DNA of 64,000 nucleotides from a virus: IMG/VR virus record IMGVR_UViG_3300045988_158900; one strand, 5' to 3'. Shown piece by piece: positions 45,699 to 61,900 of this stretch (position 1 is its first letter; each line of letters starts with the position of its first letter). The notes under the pieces were generated by a model. It saw only the letters and a program-made list of their open reading frames with translations, ran no database searches and was not told where the DNA came from. The position numbers and the translations under genes were made by a program.

Positions 45699-48600
45699 TG
45701 ATACATACCCGCCTCTATCTCTTTAGTAAACCCTCTATCGAGAGTTAATATAAATTTATTCCAAGCATCTTTTACTGCTTCAATTAATTCACGCATCTAT
45801 TTATCTTTTGATGCAGTATCATCAGTATCATAATAGTCATAAAATCGCGTTGATAAGAATCCTCTAAAAATAGTAAGATATTTTTCATATTCAGTCTAAT
45901 AATATTCAGCTTTTGTTTTATAATTTTCTTGCTTATTAGTATAAATAGTAATTAAAAATTCTGCCTATTCAATCGCGTCTTTATAAGCATTTATATCTTT
46001 ATTTAAAACATTTTCAATATACCAATAAAAAATTCCCATACTTGTAATTGAAGAATAATTCTCATTAGGTTTAGATAATTTAGGTAAATTAGTAAATAAT
46101 TCAATTAACAATGGATCAATTCTATATTCATTAAATAATTGAGTATTACACCAATAACACAATTCTGAAATTTTTGCTAATCCTTTTAACATTAATAAAT
46201 GCTGATATCTTACTTCATTAACAGTAGGATTTGTTTTTGTAATATTTACTTTATACCCTGACAAATTATTTAAAGATTTTATTTTATCCTAAATGAAAAT
46301 TTTATTACCTAAAGATTTATAGGTTTTTAATAAAGTAGTATATAATCCATCTAAATTAGAATTATATAATTCTAATATGGATTTTAATGTACCATATTCA
46401 GATAGCGCATTATCTCCACCGACATTATTAGAAATAAAATTAGAGTGTGTTTTATAAGTATAATTAATAATATTATCAATAATATTACGTTCAGGATGTT
46501 TTTTAATATCTTCACTATCGCTTTGATTTTCTTCACTTAAAATAGTAGAAACAAATTTATTATTAGAATATAAATTAAATGTTCCCTATCGCAAATTAGC
46601 AAGTTTAGTTGCTGTTAAATAAGATTCAATAAAATTATAATTATTATTCTTCTAATCGTTAGCAGATACCGCTAATTGACTAAAATAATCAATAAAACTT
46701 TTTATTAAATAATCTTTTTCATTTAAATAATAGTCTACATTTGAATCATAATTACTTAAAGTAGCTTGTTTATAAAAATTATTTTCTAAATAATAATATT
46801 TTCCTAACTCTAAGAAAATATCATTTTTTTCAATTTTTCCTACTAATTTATAAGTTGAAGTATTTATACCATTACTAACCAATAGCTATTGATAATTTGT
46901 AATAGTAGAATTATAATTAGCTATTATAGTATTGGCATCTAACAAACGCGAGAATCCAGTATTCATATAATTATTTGTAGTATTTGGAGTGATTAAACTA
47001 ATAATAGCATCTAAAACATATTTATATCCATTCTCTTTTACTGATAAACAAGTATTATCAATAATATACAATAGTTTATTAATTTTAGCTATACGAATAT
47101 TAGTAGCTTCAAGATCATAAGTATTCTAATCAAATTCAATACTATTAAAAATTGAATTATCTCCTTCATCTGAATTATTTCCTTCAATGTCTAAAATAAT
47201 ATTACGATTAGAACTAGATCGAATAGTGCTTTGTATAGAAGAATCTAATTTAGTTATATAAGAATCTGAATATTTACGATTATTCTTCTCGTAATAATAG
47301 AATGAATATAATAATCGATCTCTAAAAGCTAAACAATATAAAAGATCTCTTTTCCTATCGCTCCACCACCCTGAGAATGTAATAGATTTCTATAAATAAT
47401 AATTTAACTTAGATGATAAACTAGTACTATCATTTATAATTGAATTAGGCCAATTTAATTCTTTTGCTGACTAACAAACATAATCTAATTTATCTGCCGC
47501 TAAAATAAATTTAATAATAGAAGAACTGTCTTCATCTTCCAAGCCATTCTATTCAGTACCGCCTTGTAATTTTAAATTTAAAGCAGTATAATCAGAAGCA
47601 ATAGTATTTCCTATATCAATTAAACTAGATACCTAAAATAAATCCTTTAGAGTATCCATATTATCTAAATCAATTTTAGTATTTTTTAATTTCTCAATTA
47701 AATCAACGCAAGCATTAAAAGGATATAAAAAATTATCATTATCATCAGTACCAATAAAATTAATAAATGCTTTAGTATCAGAATCTAAATTATCAGTCTA
47801 TCCTAATAATTTATTTAAATTTCTACGAGATTGTTTTAAACGTCCATAATACCATAAAATTTCATGTATGCCACCCAAAACTTTTTGATATAATAATTTA
47901 TCTAAAGCATCATCGTCATCTTGATCTTTTATAATAGCTAAATACCCTATTATAGTATCATATAATCCTTGAATAGAAGTCCAAGCATCAATATAATAAT
48001 TCATTTGATTCCGACGAGCCTCAGCTTCAGAAGTATTGGTACTGCCCAGCCCTGCTAAAACTCTATTATAATGATTTTTTATATTAGTTAAAATCTCAGT
48101 AATATTAATTGAGGACTCAATTTGCTCAAGATTATCTTTTATTGAGTTGTAATTAGAAGAAGTAACATTTGTTAATTGATTAGCTATACTCTAATAAATT
48201 AAACAATATAACCATAATGCCGCTTTATATCTATAAACAGTTGCATTATAACCATCATCAGTAAGAGTTTGACCATTTTTATCAGTGATTTCATAAATTT
48301 GATTTAATAAACCACTATAATCATTCGCAATAGAATTAGCATTTTCAATAGCAGAATTCTAATTATTATAAAGAGATTGTAATAAAGAATCTAATTTATT
48401 TAATTTAGAATTAATACCTTCTTTAGTTGGTTGCTAAATTAAATCTAATAAATCCTATTCTTCTTCATCCTATAATTTTAATTCAGTATACATACCTTTA
48501 TTTATCTACATTCGCTTAATTGTTTTTAATACTTCTTTTTTTATTTCAGCTTTCTTCTCTTCAGTAATATCATTTGACCATAAATCAACAATATCAAAAT

Positions 48601-51600
48601 TCTTTAATGCTGCTGGTTTCATAGTATTTAAAATTTCATTAATAATATTGCGATCCTGCCAATTAATTATTCTTTCTAAACGAGATTGATGATCATTTAA
48701 ATCTTCATAAGGAATATTATTTGATTCTGATAAACCATTTAATAAAGTATTATAACTGCGAGTTAAAGTTAAATATCTCTAAAAATTATTATCAGCTTCT
48801 GCTATTAGTTCATAATTACGATATAAAGCTCTTAAAAATTCTGATTGCTATATATAATTATCTTTAGCTCGTTTTGTTTCACTATCATTTACTTCAGTAT
48901 AATAATCTAAAATTTCTAACTAAAACGTTGCTTCCGCAATTAGCCCCGTACCAATCTTAATTATATCAGGAGAGCTTAAATTAGAAAAATATCTATTATC
49001 ATCATACTCTAACTCTACAGAATTATCAAAACGAATATAAAAATCTTTAATCTAATCTTGCTATACAATTGACTTAGCAATATTATTTTCATCAACAGTC
49101 CAATCAGTATGATAAAACTCAGGAACTGGATTATAATCTTCTTTATTTAACCAACGAATAGCTGTTGATAAATAATTTTTTTCATGAATTAATTCATTAT
49201 TATTTTTTATAGTTTTATAGAATGTAGCGTTTTTTAATAAATCTTCTAAAAATTTTATCTAAGCATCATAAAAATCATTAATAGCTTTATGGTCAAACAT
49301 AATAGCAGTTTGTAATTTTTTTTCTCTTAAATCATTTAATGCTTTAATTTGATTATTAATATAATCTTGATATTTATCTGTAGCTCCTTTAGGAATAATA
49401 TAAACATCCTTAACTAATTTATATTTTCCATCTTTTTCAACATACAACTCTAATTCATCATTTAAATATGTCTTTTTATTTTTAATTAAAACATAATATA
49501 ATCCAACTTCTTCGTCATATTGAATGTCATGTAATTTTTCATAACGATATTTTTCATTGATATAAAATGAAGTGTCAAAATCATCAATCACTGATTTCCA
49601 ATAACAATCATAATATTGACCAGTCTTTACTCCAAAAATATTAGTACGCTATGTTGGCATCCAAGAGTCAAAATGAGGAAAATACTCATACATCTAAAAT
49701 ACACAAAATTCATCATTTACATTAAAATATTCTCTTACTTTTGGAGTTAATTCATCTATTGGATAGGACTCTCCAAAAGGAGAAATAGAATATAATAAAT
49801 ATTGACTTCCGAAATTTTCTTCATAATCATATTTAGAATAACTACCATCAGCTTGAGGCAAACATACATGAGTTGCTTTTCCATCACTAATCGCCCAAGG
49901 TACTCCAGATGGATTTTCCGCAGTTATCTTTGCCCATCCTTCAGGAGTGACATATTCATAAGGTACAGCATAAATAGGTATTAATTCGCGCACTTTTATG
50001 TGTAATTGTTCTAAATTTAAAACTTTTAATTTATCTCTAGTATAGTTATAGAATTGAGTATTAATATAAGACATAATATTGCCAGGTTCAAATCCTTTAG
50101 CCGCTAAAGTATCATAAATTTTTTCAAATGCAGAATTTGCATCTAATTTATTTAATACAATTCTTTCATTTAAAGAGCTTAATGCATTTCTAAATTTATT
50201 AACATCTGATTCAGTTAAAGACTAATCTTTCTATTTAGTAACTAAAGTGTCTAATTCAGTTAATACTGGATTAACTCCTACAAACTAATGACTTAAAATT
50301 GTTTTTAATTTTACTCCAGTGATTGCATCAAAGTCTCCATATCGAACTCCTTGATACTGGCATTCTAAAATGCCTACTGGATGAGTATATTCATCATTAG
50401 GTATTCTAATACGACTTATTTTTCGACTTGAATTATTATAAGTATATGAACCAGTGATTCCAATTAAAATTTCATCTTCTGTTTTTTCTGACACATCACC
50501 ATAAGTTAAGAAAATACTAGACCCAGGTAATAAATCTTGAACAGAAAATTGACTAATATTATTTGATTCAAAATCTATAGTAATATCCATACCTGGCTCA
50601 TATTCATTTAAATAATAACTACGCCATAATGAAATATATTTACTAACAATATCAGATTTTATAAATCCATATTTTAATAAATTTTCATAAGTTAAATCCG
50701 CAATTTCAACACATTGTCCGGTAAAAGAATGAAGCATGCGTCCTAGTGTATCTACTGGCGACATAGAAACATTCATAATACGAACGATAAAATTCCCTTC
50801 TGGTCCAGACCGGAATAATTTAGGCTATCCATTATTTAACCAATCTAAAACTTCCATTTTAAAATTGCGCTCTTTATGAATATTATTTTCAATTAAATCA
50901 CAAGGATTTTCTAATACTTTTTCCATACGATCAAAAAATTCTGTATTATTTTTAATATCGGCATGGTCAGTACAAGTTCTAATATAATCTTGAATTTCTC
51001 TATCATAAAATAAAATTTCATCATCCATTTGGTAAGAAATTAATCCACTAATAGGAAATTCTTTATAAGCAACTTTTCCATTTCTGAAAATAAAGGGGAA
51101 TTTATTGCCAATTGTATTTGTTTTTTGTTCTAATATTGTAGTTTTAAATGAAGATACTTTAGGATTGAATTTTACTTTTAAAACTCTATCTCCATCATAT
51201 AAAAAGATATCTTCAAAATCAACTGAAACGGGTTCACTTTCAATACGAGAAGAGTAAATACCAAACAAATTATATTGAATTATACCATAAATATATTTAA
51301 CACCTTGTTTAACAGTATAATCATTATAATCCACTAATGATGGTTTCATATTTTCAAGTTTAAATCGTTTTAATTCTAACCAAGAACGATATTCATCCTC
51401 TTCGCTGGCCCTCACTAAAATGTATTGACCAAAATAAGTATCTTCTTGTTTATCTACTTGGTATTCAATATTAGAATCATATCCTAAAATATGTAAATAT
51501 TCTTTAGCTAATTCAGTAGATAAATTAGCCGTAGTAATAATATTTTGACATAAATTAATTAAACTCTAATCTGTAACAATCTAATCTAACTCTGTTTCAT

Positions 51601-52963
51601 CAGCATTTATAGAATCCTATAAATAATTTAAATAAGAATTTACTCTATTCTATAAAATAATATTTAAATTTTTATATCCTTCAAATGAAGTAGCAATATA
51701 TACTGTAGTATTCCATAAAAATTTACTAAATAAATTATAATAATTTATTTCTTCTTTTTCTTTACCAATATTTTCTATAACAGAACCTAAATATTCTCCT
51801 AAATATAAATCAAATTCTTTTGATTCCATAATTAAAGACTCTAAGATACCAGTAGAAATACCACACATATCATTTAATAATGAAACATTATCTCGTAAAT
51901 ATATTCTATACTTTTCTAAAATATTAACAACAAATCCTGATTCCTAAATTCGATCAATCCACTCTTTAATTTGTGGATTATCTGGACTATTTGTCCCTTG
52001 ATAGAATCGTTTTAATTTTATCATTAAATTTTTAGAATAATTATAATAAGTATTAATACGAGTCATTTCCTTAATAACATTTTCTTGACGGACTACTCGT
52101 TCAATACCATGAAAATTAACATTAATACATCCACTATTTGGATGAGGCTCTGTTGTGATTGAAATACTTTTACTAGGAGCTAATAAAGTTTCTGCTGTTA
52201 CTCTATACATTGGGCTTGATGCCACATATCCATTTAAAGTTGTAACAGTATAAACTAATTTATAAACTTCACTAGTTTTAATGAAACTACTTAAAACAAC
52301 TGAATCAGTAGATATTCCATATTCAATATCATTAGAATTATTATGTAATAATTCACCAGTGGTATAATATAATTCCCCTTCTTCTGTATAAAATGAAAAA
52401 TTATAAGAATATACTTTTTCACTCTAATCAAAATCAGAAGATAATTCATACAAACCAAATAAATTATTATTAAATAAATTAATACTATCAATTGAATACC
52501 CTTTAACTGAAATTTTAGGTTCCTAAATACATTTAATAATACCAATAGTAGAATAGTATCCTGTTAACTTTCTAACAACATCAACTGTAATAGTTTCTTT
52601 CGTGTCAGGGTCTTCTTTTGTTTCAGTCTATGTATATTGTGAAATATAAGCTAATTGTACCTTGTAATACTAACCTTCATTTAGTAAAGCTCCCTAAGAA
52701 GGAGGTATAGTAAATGTAACGGTAGAATTAGCAGTATTAAAATCCATTGATTCGATTGGATTAAATAAATAAGTATTTGTTGAAGCAGTTTTTAATCGCA
52801 AAACAAATCCAACAAATTCTTTATCATTGACCGCGGCACTTGCAGTAAAAGGAATTGTAATCTAAATATCCTTTAATACTTTTGTGTCGCCTGTTTCAAT
52901 ATAACTCTTACAAAAAGCAGGTAAAGTACCTGCTATTACAGGAGGATATAATCTTTCAGGCAT
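45695..52963 (-). CDS. Giant structural protein, ~2422 codons, many in-frame TAG
   Basis: RBS AAAGGAGA before ATG 52963. In-frame TAA at 52976 upstream. Ten track ORFs (45965 to 51944) share one frame (mod 3 = 2). I walked both ends (45695-45965 and 52226-52976). Confidence 0.45.
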
Positions 52964-52989
52964 AGTCATTCTCCTTTACCACATAATTA

Positions 52990-55857
52990 TTATTTATTTT
53001 CTAATGCTTGGATGCGTTTTATTAAATTTGGAATTGTTGTTTGCTATAATGTATTGAAATTACTTTCCAAAATTTGAATACGTTGTTCTAATTTATCGCA
53101 CCTATCAATTAAAGTCTTAATAATAGAATTTGAAGATAAATTACATTGGACAGGTACGCCATTTAGGAAATATACTGGGTTTCCAGAGTTTCCAATATTT
53201 AATAAGCTTTCATAATCAGCACTTGCTAAATTCTAAGCTGAAGTAGCAGTTTTTATCCAAGCTTCTCCCTAATCATTTATTTTAAATATACTATTTTTAT
53301 TATCAAAAGCGTATAAACCATATTCTTCTAAATTGTTATTATTTTTAAATGTCCCCATTAATACGCCCATATCTTGCTCACTATTCAACTAACCCACAGT
53401 AGTTGATATCAACTATAATGTTTTATTATCAAAATCAATATCAGCTCCCTATAAGTCATTCCACATCGCAATAGGATAATTATTTTTAATTGCTATAATA
53501 GGCTATATCCATACTATCTAAAATGTTGTGTCATCTCGCGCCTATGCATATAAGTGAATAGAATTATCATTTGAAAAAGAAAATACTGTTGGAGGAATAA
53601 TTATATTATTTTCAAGTTTCCAACGATTTTTAATATTATTTCCCAAACTCCAAGTTAAATTATTATTAGATACGCTTTCAAGCCCATTCTATTTTACAGA
53701 TTTGAAAATTTGATAATTTGTTTTTTCATATACTGGTTTTTTCCCAGTAATATCATAAGTTACTATTGAACATCCATTCGCACAAATATATTCTGAATTA
53801 AATGTTGTAGGTATACTAAGATATCCTTCTAAGTTATTATTATTATATATCCCCTAAACTTTAATAATTAATTTAGATAAAAGATCAATATCAGAAGAAT
53901 CTAATTTTTCATTAATTGTTATAATATTACCATTTAAAGTAATTTTATTAGTACTTAAAGAATTATAATACCAACTATATGTTAATTTAACATTATCAAT
54001 TATTTCTTGCCAAGTATAATCATATAATTTAGCAACTATCTAATATTTATCTTCTTTAACAGGATAAATTACTTTACAATCTTGATATTTATCTCCTATT
54101 TTTTTTTGTAATGATAATTGAAGAACACAATTAGCTCCAGAAGAGCCACTATTACCAAATAGTAATTCGATTGAATTTGTATAAATCTAATCATTAATTT
54201 CAACTTCACAAGTAATTGTATTATTTCTAAAAAGTGGATTATATAAAGAATTAATTTTAAAAGGTATATAATAAGTTTTACTTTCTTCATCTAAATAATC
54301 ATAAGTAGAAATATTTTTATCAGTTTTATCAGTTTTTAATATATGTTCAAATTTATAATTATTATTAGTATTTATTGACCCACTCTCTACTGGAATAAGC
54401 ATTGTTTCTTTTGATGGAAGTGTATAGCGTAATTTGACGCCTTTAGTTAATGTTGTAAATTTACTAGTGTCTTTACTATTAAATGTAACACCAATATAAT
54501 GAATTTTTTCTCCATCAGAGCGCGCTAATAATTGATTGTCTTGCCCATATATATAAAATGTATTATTATTATTATTAGCAAATAAATTTAGTCCAGCTAA
54601 TAATCCAATATCTGGATTAAAAGATTTATTAGTATAAGAACAAATCTAAGAATATCCTAAAACATCTGTCGTTCCAATTTTACCTTTAAACTAAATTCTA
54701 TAAGATTGAGTTTTAATCTAATCTCCAGCCTTTAAAATAGCCGAAATTGTATTTTTAGAAGAAATAGTAATTTGATCATAGGTTCCATCTGATTTGGCGC
54801 CCAATCTATACCATCCCTAGCCAAAAATAGTTTGATTTTCAGTTAAATTTTTATCATATGAATATAACTACACTTTAGCATTAGTAAATGTAGCTAAATT
54901 TCCAGAAGTCATATCTATAACTCTAAAACCCATTTCAACCTTACGGTTTTCTTCACTTTGAGAGGAAATAATTTGATATATTATGCTACCCGTTGGATAC
55001 AAATAAACCCCAATATTACTATCAGTTGTAATATCTGAAAAATCACTTTTATAATATCCTAAATATAAATTTACATTTTTAAAAACAACTGAAAAAGAAT
55101 CAGAACTATCAATTTTATTATTATCGCTATCATAGAAATTGCCATCTTCCCATACTTCAACTTGAATATTATTAATAATTAAATTGGTAATATCTATATC
55201 AAAATATTGAGAAGTATAACCACCAGTTTTATAAGCACTTAAAAATAGCATATCTTTATTCGATGCTATTGTAGTAGTTTGTCTAGTAAATGTTTTTAAT
55301 TCTTTTGTTTTCTAATCTTTTCCACTCAATATAATACGAATACCATAAATACCTTTATTTAAAGTTTTTGTACCATTATATAAATCAGCCATTAAATTAT
55401 AAGAAATTCTTAAAGTTGTATAACCAACTAATTCACAACTTTGAGGTCCCATAATGATTTTACTAGATTCTCGACCTTCAGAAGTGGGGATTACTGTAAT
55501 CTCTTTACTCTAATTAAAAAGCTAATTAGCTGCATAAAAAGTTTTAGAATCATCTTTACCAATTACTTCATAATCACTAATTACGCGCCCAGTAATTAAT
55601 TTTTTACCAGAAAAATTACCTTGTGGAATTAATACATAAACTTCTTCATTAAGAGCATAAGATTTATCTTTTTCATTAACAAAAACTGTTAATTTAGCTC
55701 CTTTATAGTCTACAATATATTTCTATGCTCCTTCAACACTTTCAGGAACACTTTCTATTACTCCAACTATTGTCTAGTCAAATGGTAAATTCTATAATCG
55801 AGCAGATACAATTGTGTCTACTGATCGGAATATTTTTTCATTTAATTCATTAGACAT
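52990..55857 (-). CDS. Structural protein immediately downstream of the tape measure gene (Dit/Tal position), ~955 codons, multiple TAG
   Basis: RBS AAGGAGAG before ATG 55857. Track ORFs 54187 and 54868 are in the same frame. First in-frame TAA going down is at 52990. The interior was not exhaustively checked for TAA/TGA. Confidence 0.4.
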
Positions 55858-55937
55858 AATTCGCTCTCCTTTTTCTCATATTCTAATAAATTTTGAGAAA
55901 AAATCTTATTTTATTATTTATATTTGACCAATAAAAA

Positions 55938-55966
55938 AATGGCGAGGTTTAATTACCTCGCCATTT
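55938..55966. terminator. Hairpin AAATGGCGAGGT-TTAATT-ACCTCGCCATTT after the tape measure gene
   Basis: Perfect 12-bp inverted repeat with a T-run on the minus strand. Confidence 0.5.
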
Positions 55967-55970
55967 CAAA

Positions 55971-58900
55971 TTAAACAGTCTTTCGATTTGCGTATTGACT
56001 TGCTTCATTCTCCATCATTTCAAATGCTTCCATAATTTCATTACTGTCAGTCACATTCGGGAAATCAGCATTAATAGAAACTTGTTGCATAAATTCTTGT
56101 GCAATTCTATCAACACCAAGAGAAGAAGGAATAAGATTGGATAAATAGCTTACAATGGTCTAAACATTTAATCCTATATTTTGTAATATAGTAGAAATGT
56201 CTAAACTATCCATTAAAGCAGTATTAATATTTAATTCATTATTATTCATCCAACCTTCAATTTGTTTATTTATATCTAATTGATCTAACATATCTAAATA
56301 AGAGAATTGAGAAATATAATCAGGAATTTCGGCTGATTTATTAAAACTTTCAGAATTATGTTGAGTACTAATTATATTATTGGCCGTCGCTGTTGAACGA
56401 GAATCAATAGCATTTTCATATTTACTATAATCAATACTCTACATTCCAGATAAAGCAGCCACCATTTCATTCATAGTTTTTACTAAAGCTTCATTACGCT
56501 TAATCGCACTATCAATTTTAGAAACATAAATAGATTCCCAATCACTAGCTGCTTTAATAACATCATTAAATGAATCTGTTGCATTTTTAACAATTTTTTC
56601 CATATCTGCAACGGCTTTATTTGATTCACCAGTAATTTTGATTGACCATCCAGAAGCTTCATCAGCAAAACTTCCTTCAATACCTGCTGTACTATTAATT
56701 TCTTTAATTTTATTTAAATAATCATCAAGTAATTTATTAGAATCAGCTACATAATTATCATGACTTTTCCAAAATACATTAAACATTTCATCTAATGTAG
56801 AATATCCTGTTTTTAATGCCAAAGTAGTCTAATTGAAATTTTCAACTAAAGCGCCAGAACTATCTTCATAATATGCTACAAATTTTTCATTAGCATCTTT
56901 GCTGTTTTTAAATACTTCTTCATACTACTAATGAATTTGTTGCATACGTTCATCATAATATTTTTCTAAATCAGCGGCCTATTTTTCGTATTCGGCTTGA
57001 GAAATTTCACCTTGAGTAAATGATAACTTTATCGCTGTTAATTTTTCTTGGTAATCAGATTGTAATTGAATAATATTATTTTCTAATGTTTTTAAATATT
57101 CTTCATTGGCTTTTTGATAAGCATTTAATTTATCTTCATATTCTTGTTCAGCTTCAGCAATTTTGTCTTCATTAGCACTATACACGTATCCCCAATTACC
57201 ATTATTATCACGAGTCAAACGAACAGTTTCATTAGAATTTTGAACATCTTCTAATTTCTATCTTGCTAGCTCTAATTCATATTTAGATTGTAAAATCTTT
57301 AAATCATATTCACTAATTTTAGAGCCATCTTTTAATTTTTTATTTAACTCGTCTTGCAATTTATTTAATGCTTGTTTATGAGGAATAATATCAGTATCAT
57401 CAATAGAACCTTCAATTTGGCGTCTTAGTTTATTTAATTCATAAGTCTTATCAGCATCACTTAAATACTAATCATTTAATTCATTAGCTCTAGTAATAGC
57501 ATCTTGTAATGCCTCGATAGAACCATAAATAGGAGATATGCCATCTTCAAATTCTTTAACAATATTATCCATTTCTTCTTCAAAAATGTCATGAGCACGT
57601 TGTAATGTTTCTTGCCAAACTTCTAAAACATTCTCTTCAGCATCACGAAATTGTTTATTAATTTCTTTTATTGCATCACCCCATTGTTTAATTCCAATTG
57701 AGTCTCCATTAGCCACAGCTTTATCATACTATTCTTGAGCATCAGCACGCGTTTGTTTTAATGCCTCTACTTGCTATTTAGCTCCTGCAAGATTATTAAT
57801 ACTATTATTCATTAATGAACGATTTAAATTACGCAATACTAATTTTGATTGTTCATTTAATTGAGCTCCTAATAGGGAAGTAATATCTTTAACACCTTCA
57901 AGAATATTTTGATAGTGTTCAAATAAATCAATTTGGTCTTGAATATCCTCACTAAATTGATTAAAACTATCAAGAACTTTTTCTTGAATAGTTGCTCTCA
58001 TTTCAAGCAATTCTTGATTAGCTTCTAAAATACTAGAACGCCATTCTCGGATTTGGTCAATTTCATCTTCAGTGAAATTCTTAGCTTTTAAATCATCAAC
58101 TGTTAATTTATCAAATTCTTCAATAGAATTAATACCATGATTATTTAATAACTCCAGTAAACCGTCAGAATAAGTTTTAGTTTTTTCTAAGGCATTTTCT
58201 GCTTTTTCACCAATTAAAGCAATCGCTTCAGCCGCAGAATAAGCATCATCTTCAATTTTACTTAATAAATAATCAAGATATTCTAATTCATCATCTTTAA
58301 CAGCAATCTTAATTTCAATTTTATACTAAGTCTTTTCAAAAATTACGTCAGCTAATTCAGTTTGTAAATCATATAATTTTTCCAATTCATCTTGGCGTAA
58401 ATTATTAGTTTCTTCATACTGTTCTAAAGCTTCAATAAAATCATCATAAGCTTCTTCAGCTGCTTTATCAGATTCTTCATTTTTACCAATAGATGAATTA
58501 TATTTATCAATCTGGCGCTTCATAATTTCATCATAATTAGTAATAACACCAGTTTCATCAAATTCGGCGCCATAAGATGCAATTAAAGCTTTATCTTCAT
58601 CCCAATATTTATTAATTTCATCAAGATATTGATTCTATAAATCAATCATTTCGTCATATTTTTCAATTTCTTGATCCATTAATTCTAATTTAGAAGTGCC
58701 AAACGCCCGCTCTTTAGCTTTTGCTAAATGCTCCATTACTTCTTCTAAATCTTCAATTTTTTGTTTAATTACATGATAACGCTCAATTTCATCTTTATAT
58801 TCTTTTGGAGGAGGAGGGGTATAACTGCTTCCACCACCACCATTTCCACCTCCGCCACTATTGTTAGTGGCAGTGGGATTAGTAGTTAAATCAGTTGTTT

Positions 58901-61900
58901 TCCCGCCATACTCTTTACCCGACCAATCAAGAGTTTTAACTGTTGGCACATTAACCATAGTCGTAGTATCAATAGGAACAACAGATGGAGGATCTAAATG
59001 ATGTCCATGTTCATCAATATTACTAGTATAAACAACTGCTTCTTCGTGTGAAGTAACAGGAGTTGGTTCACTTTCAATTTCTGCATCAAATCCCATACTA
59101 GCAACAAAAGCTTGAGCTTGTTCTGCAGTAAAACCAAAGGCTGAAATTAATGTATTTAAAGAAGCAATTGCTTCAGTTGTATCAAATTTTGGATCAAGCT
59201 ATAATCCATTCGCAGCCTCTTGTATCTAAGTAAAACAAGTATTAATTTCTGACTAAACGCTACTTAAAGAATCTCCAAAAGCTGCTTTTAAATCATCTCT
59301 ACCACTATTAGCTATATTTTGTAAAACTTGATTTACCTATTCTCCAGTTGTATAAAATGAACGCTAAGTCGCAATATTTAATTCCGCTAATGCTTTTTGA
59401 TTGCCTTTTGCTATATCGGGCATTAATTTAGCAACTTTACGAGCATATCTTCTATCTTCTTTGTATAATTTTTCAAATGTATCTTTAGATACTCCAGCTA
59501 AATCTGATAAAGCGTTAGAATTCTATGCAACAAATTCATCAAAAGCTGCTTCATTTTCTGCATTATATTTTTTAGTAAGACTGGTAGAATCATTCATCCA
59601 ATCTGAAAATGCTTTTACTTTATCATTACATTTATCCCAAGAACCAGCTAATTCATCAACTAGTTCTTGTCCATGAGTGCCTAATGAGCCCATTTCATCT
59701 CGTAATTCATTAATCGCTCCAGAATTGCCTTCAATAGCCTGTTGTAATTTTCCAAAATTCTCTGTTAAATTATTAGCATCTCCAGCCCAAGTCTTAAAAT
59801 CATCTTCAGACATACCGAACATATCAGCGAATGATTCAGAATTACTCGTTAAAAATTCTTGTAATTTTCCAATTTCAGAGGGTAAAGCACTGCCCTATCC
59901 TATATTTTCTAAAGCAGAAGCTTGCTCCTAAATTTTATCTTCATCAAAATTCTATTCATCCCAAGAAGGCTTTAATCGACTAGCAGCATCAAAAGCTTTT
60001 TGGCTATAAATTTGCTCATCAAAATAATTATCTTGCTAACTCAATCCCCATTGACGAGACTACTCTGCTGCGAAATTCTTCAATATAGTATCATAATCAA
60101 AAGTAACTTCAGAATTTTCAACAGTTCCACCATTTTCATCGGTCAATTTTACTGGTATTCTTGTCTTACCGCTAGTAAAATCTTGTAACCAATTATCTCC
60201 TAATTCACTTACTGAGTATCCTTGCTATGATAATAGATTTAAAATTTCAGATTCAGTTAATTCATTATCACTATTACTACCACGTGATGCAATTATTTTA
60301 TTTTCATAATCTATAACATCTTGACTAATTAATTCTCCAATACCATTTCGATATTTTTCATCATATCCTGATAAATCTAGTCCTCGTGAAAGTAATTCAT
60401 TTAAAACATCATTCTAATAAGAATCAGCTAATCTACTTGTTTCAGCAGTTAATTTTTCTAATGCTTCTCTAGTTTCGTGATTTGAAGTAATTAATTTAAC
60501 TGTATTTTCATCTAAATCTGCTTTATTTATTAAGTCTTCTTTACTAAAATCAAAACTAGAATCTTTCATAGCAGCTTTAACTACTTTATTTATTTCTGAT
60601 GTTGTTAATGTATCAGTCGCATTAACAGTATGATAACGATATTCATTAGGTCTAAACTGATATTTTTCTCGCTTTGTCCCTACAACTATGTTTTCATTTT
60701 TCTTTGAAATTTCTCTAGTTTTTGCTTCCAGCTATAACTATTCATCTCTATTGTTCTAAGAATTAACAGCTGTTTGAGCTTTATTCTATTTATCAAGAGC
60801 CTGCTATTTAATCTTATTCCAACCAGATTCAGTTAAATGCTAAATATTATTAACATCATAATACCAATCTTCACCTTTTTTAAGTTGAGAATCAGCATCT
60901 GCCATTTTATTATAATTATCAATTAAATCTTGAACTTCATTATTTACATCATATAAAGCCTCTCGCCATTCAGTAGTGCCATATTTTAAATCTTTAAAAG
61001 CATCATATTTACTTGATAAACCATCTAAAGATGAAGTTACTTTCTATACTTCAGAATTAACATTATCTAAATTACTTTGTAGTGTTTGTAAATCTTCATT
61101 AGATTGTTTAAGTTCAGTATTAAAAGATTGAGAACGTTTAACTAATGTATAAATAGCAAATCCAACAGCCGCAATTATTGCAGCAATTAATATAAATTTA
61201 GCAATTAACGGTAATAAACTTACCTGGACCCCTTTTAAAGCAATATTTAATTCTTGAGTCGCTGCAGTTAATCCTTTAGTTGCTAAAGTATTAGTTATTT
61301 TAGCAGCTGTTTCTTTATTTAAGCCTAACTTCATTAAATTAGTCTACAATGCATTTAAAGTTTTCTTTTTTGTTGAATCTGAAATTGTTTCATTATTTAT
61401 TTTATTAGCAGTACTTTCTAAATAAGTAGCTGCTGTTTCTTTTAATTTAGCTATTTCTAATCCTTCTGTAATAGCTTTTTCAGTTAAAATGGAAGCATTA
61501 TGCTAATCTCTAACCTGTTTTAAAAATTGAATTCCTGTGGCCAAACTGTCAATACCACTTTTAACCATAAAACTAAGACTACCAATAGAAGTAAGAATAG
61601 CAACAGCTTTTTCCCACCCAGACATATCAGGATCTTTAATACTACTGATTAAACTATTAATAGAAGAAATCGCCATTCCCGCCGATTGGGCAAATGAAGC
61701 CATTGATATAAATGCTTCAATACCACCAACTAAATGTTTAGGTTTAAAGTTTTCAACTTGTTTATTTAACTCTTCTTGTTTTTGCTTAGCTTTTTCTTGA
61801 GCTTTTTGCATTTTTTCAAATGACTAAACAACTTTTTTAACTTCATCGTCTCCTACGCCCATGCCTCTTAAAGAAGCAACTAACTAATCTTGAGATAACT

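Noticed and set aside
32824-54290. Low-complexity Ile/Leu/Phe-rich ORFs (32824+, 36502+, 37608+, 37902+, 40075-, 45148+, 49802+, 52291-, 54096-, 56483-, 59401+, 59677+, 60000+, 61537+)
   Set aside because: AT-rich frame artefacts antisense to, or out of frame with, the continuous late-gene frames. Hydrophobic junk composition and no RBS.
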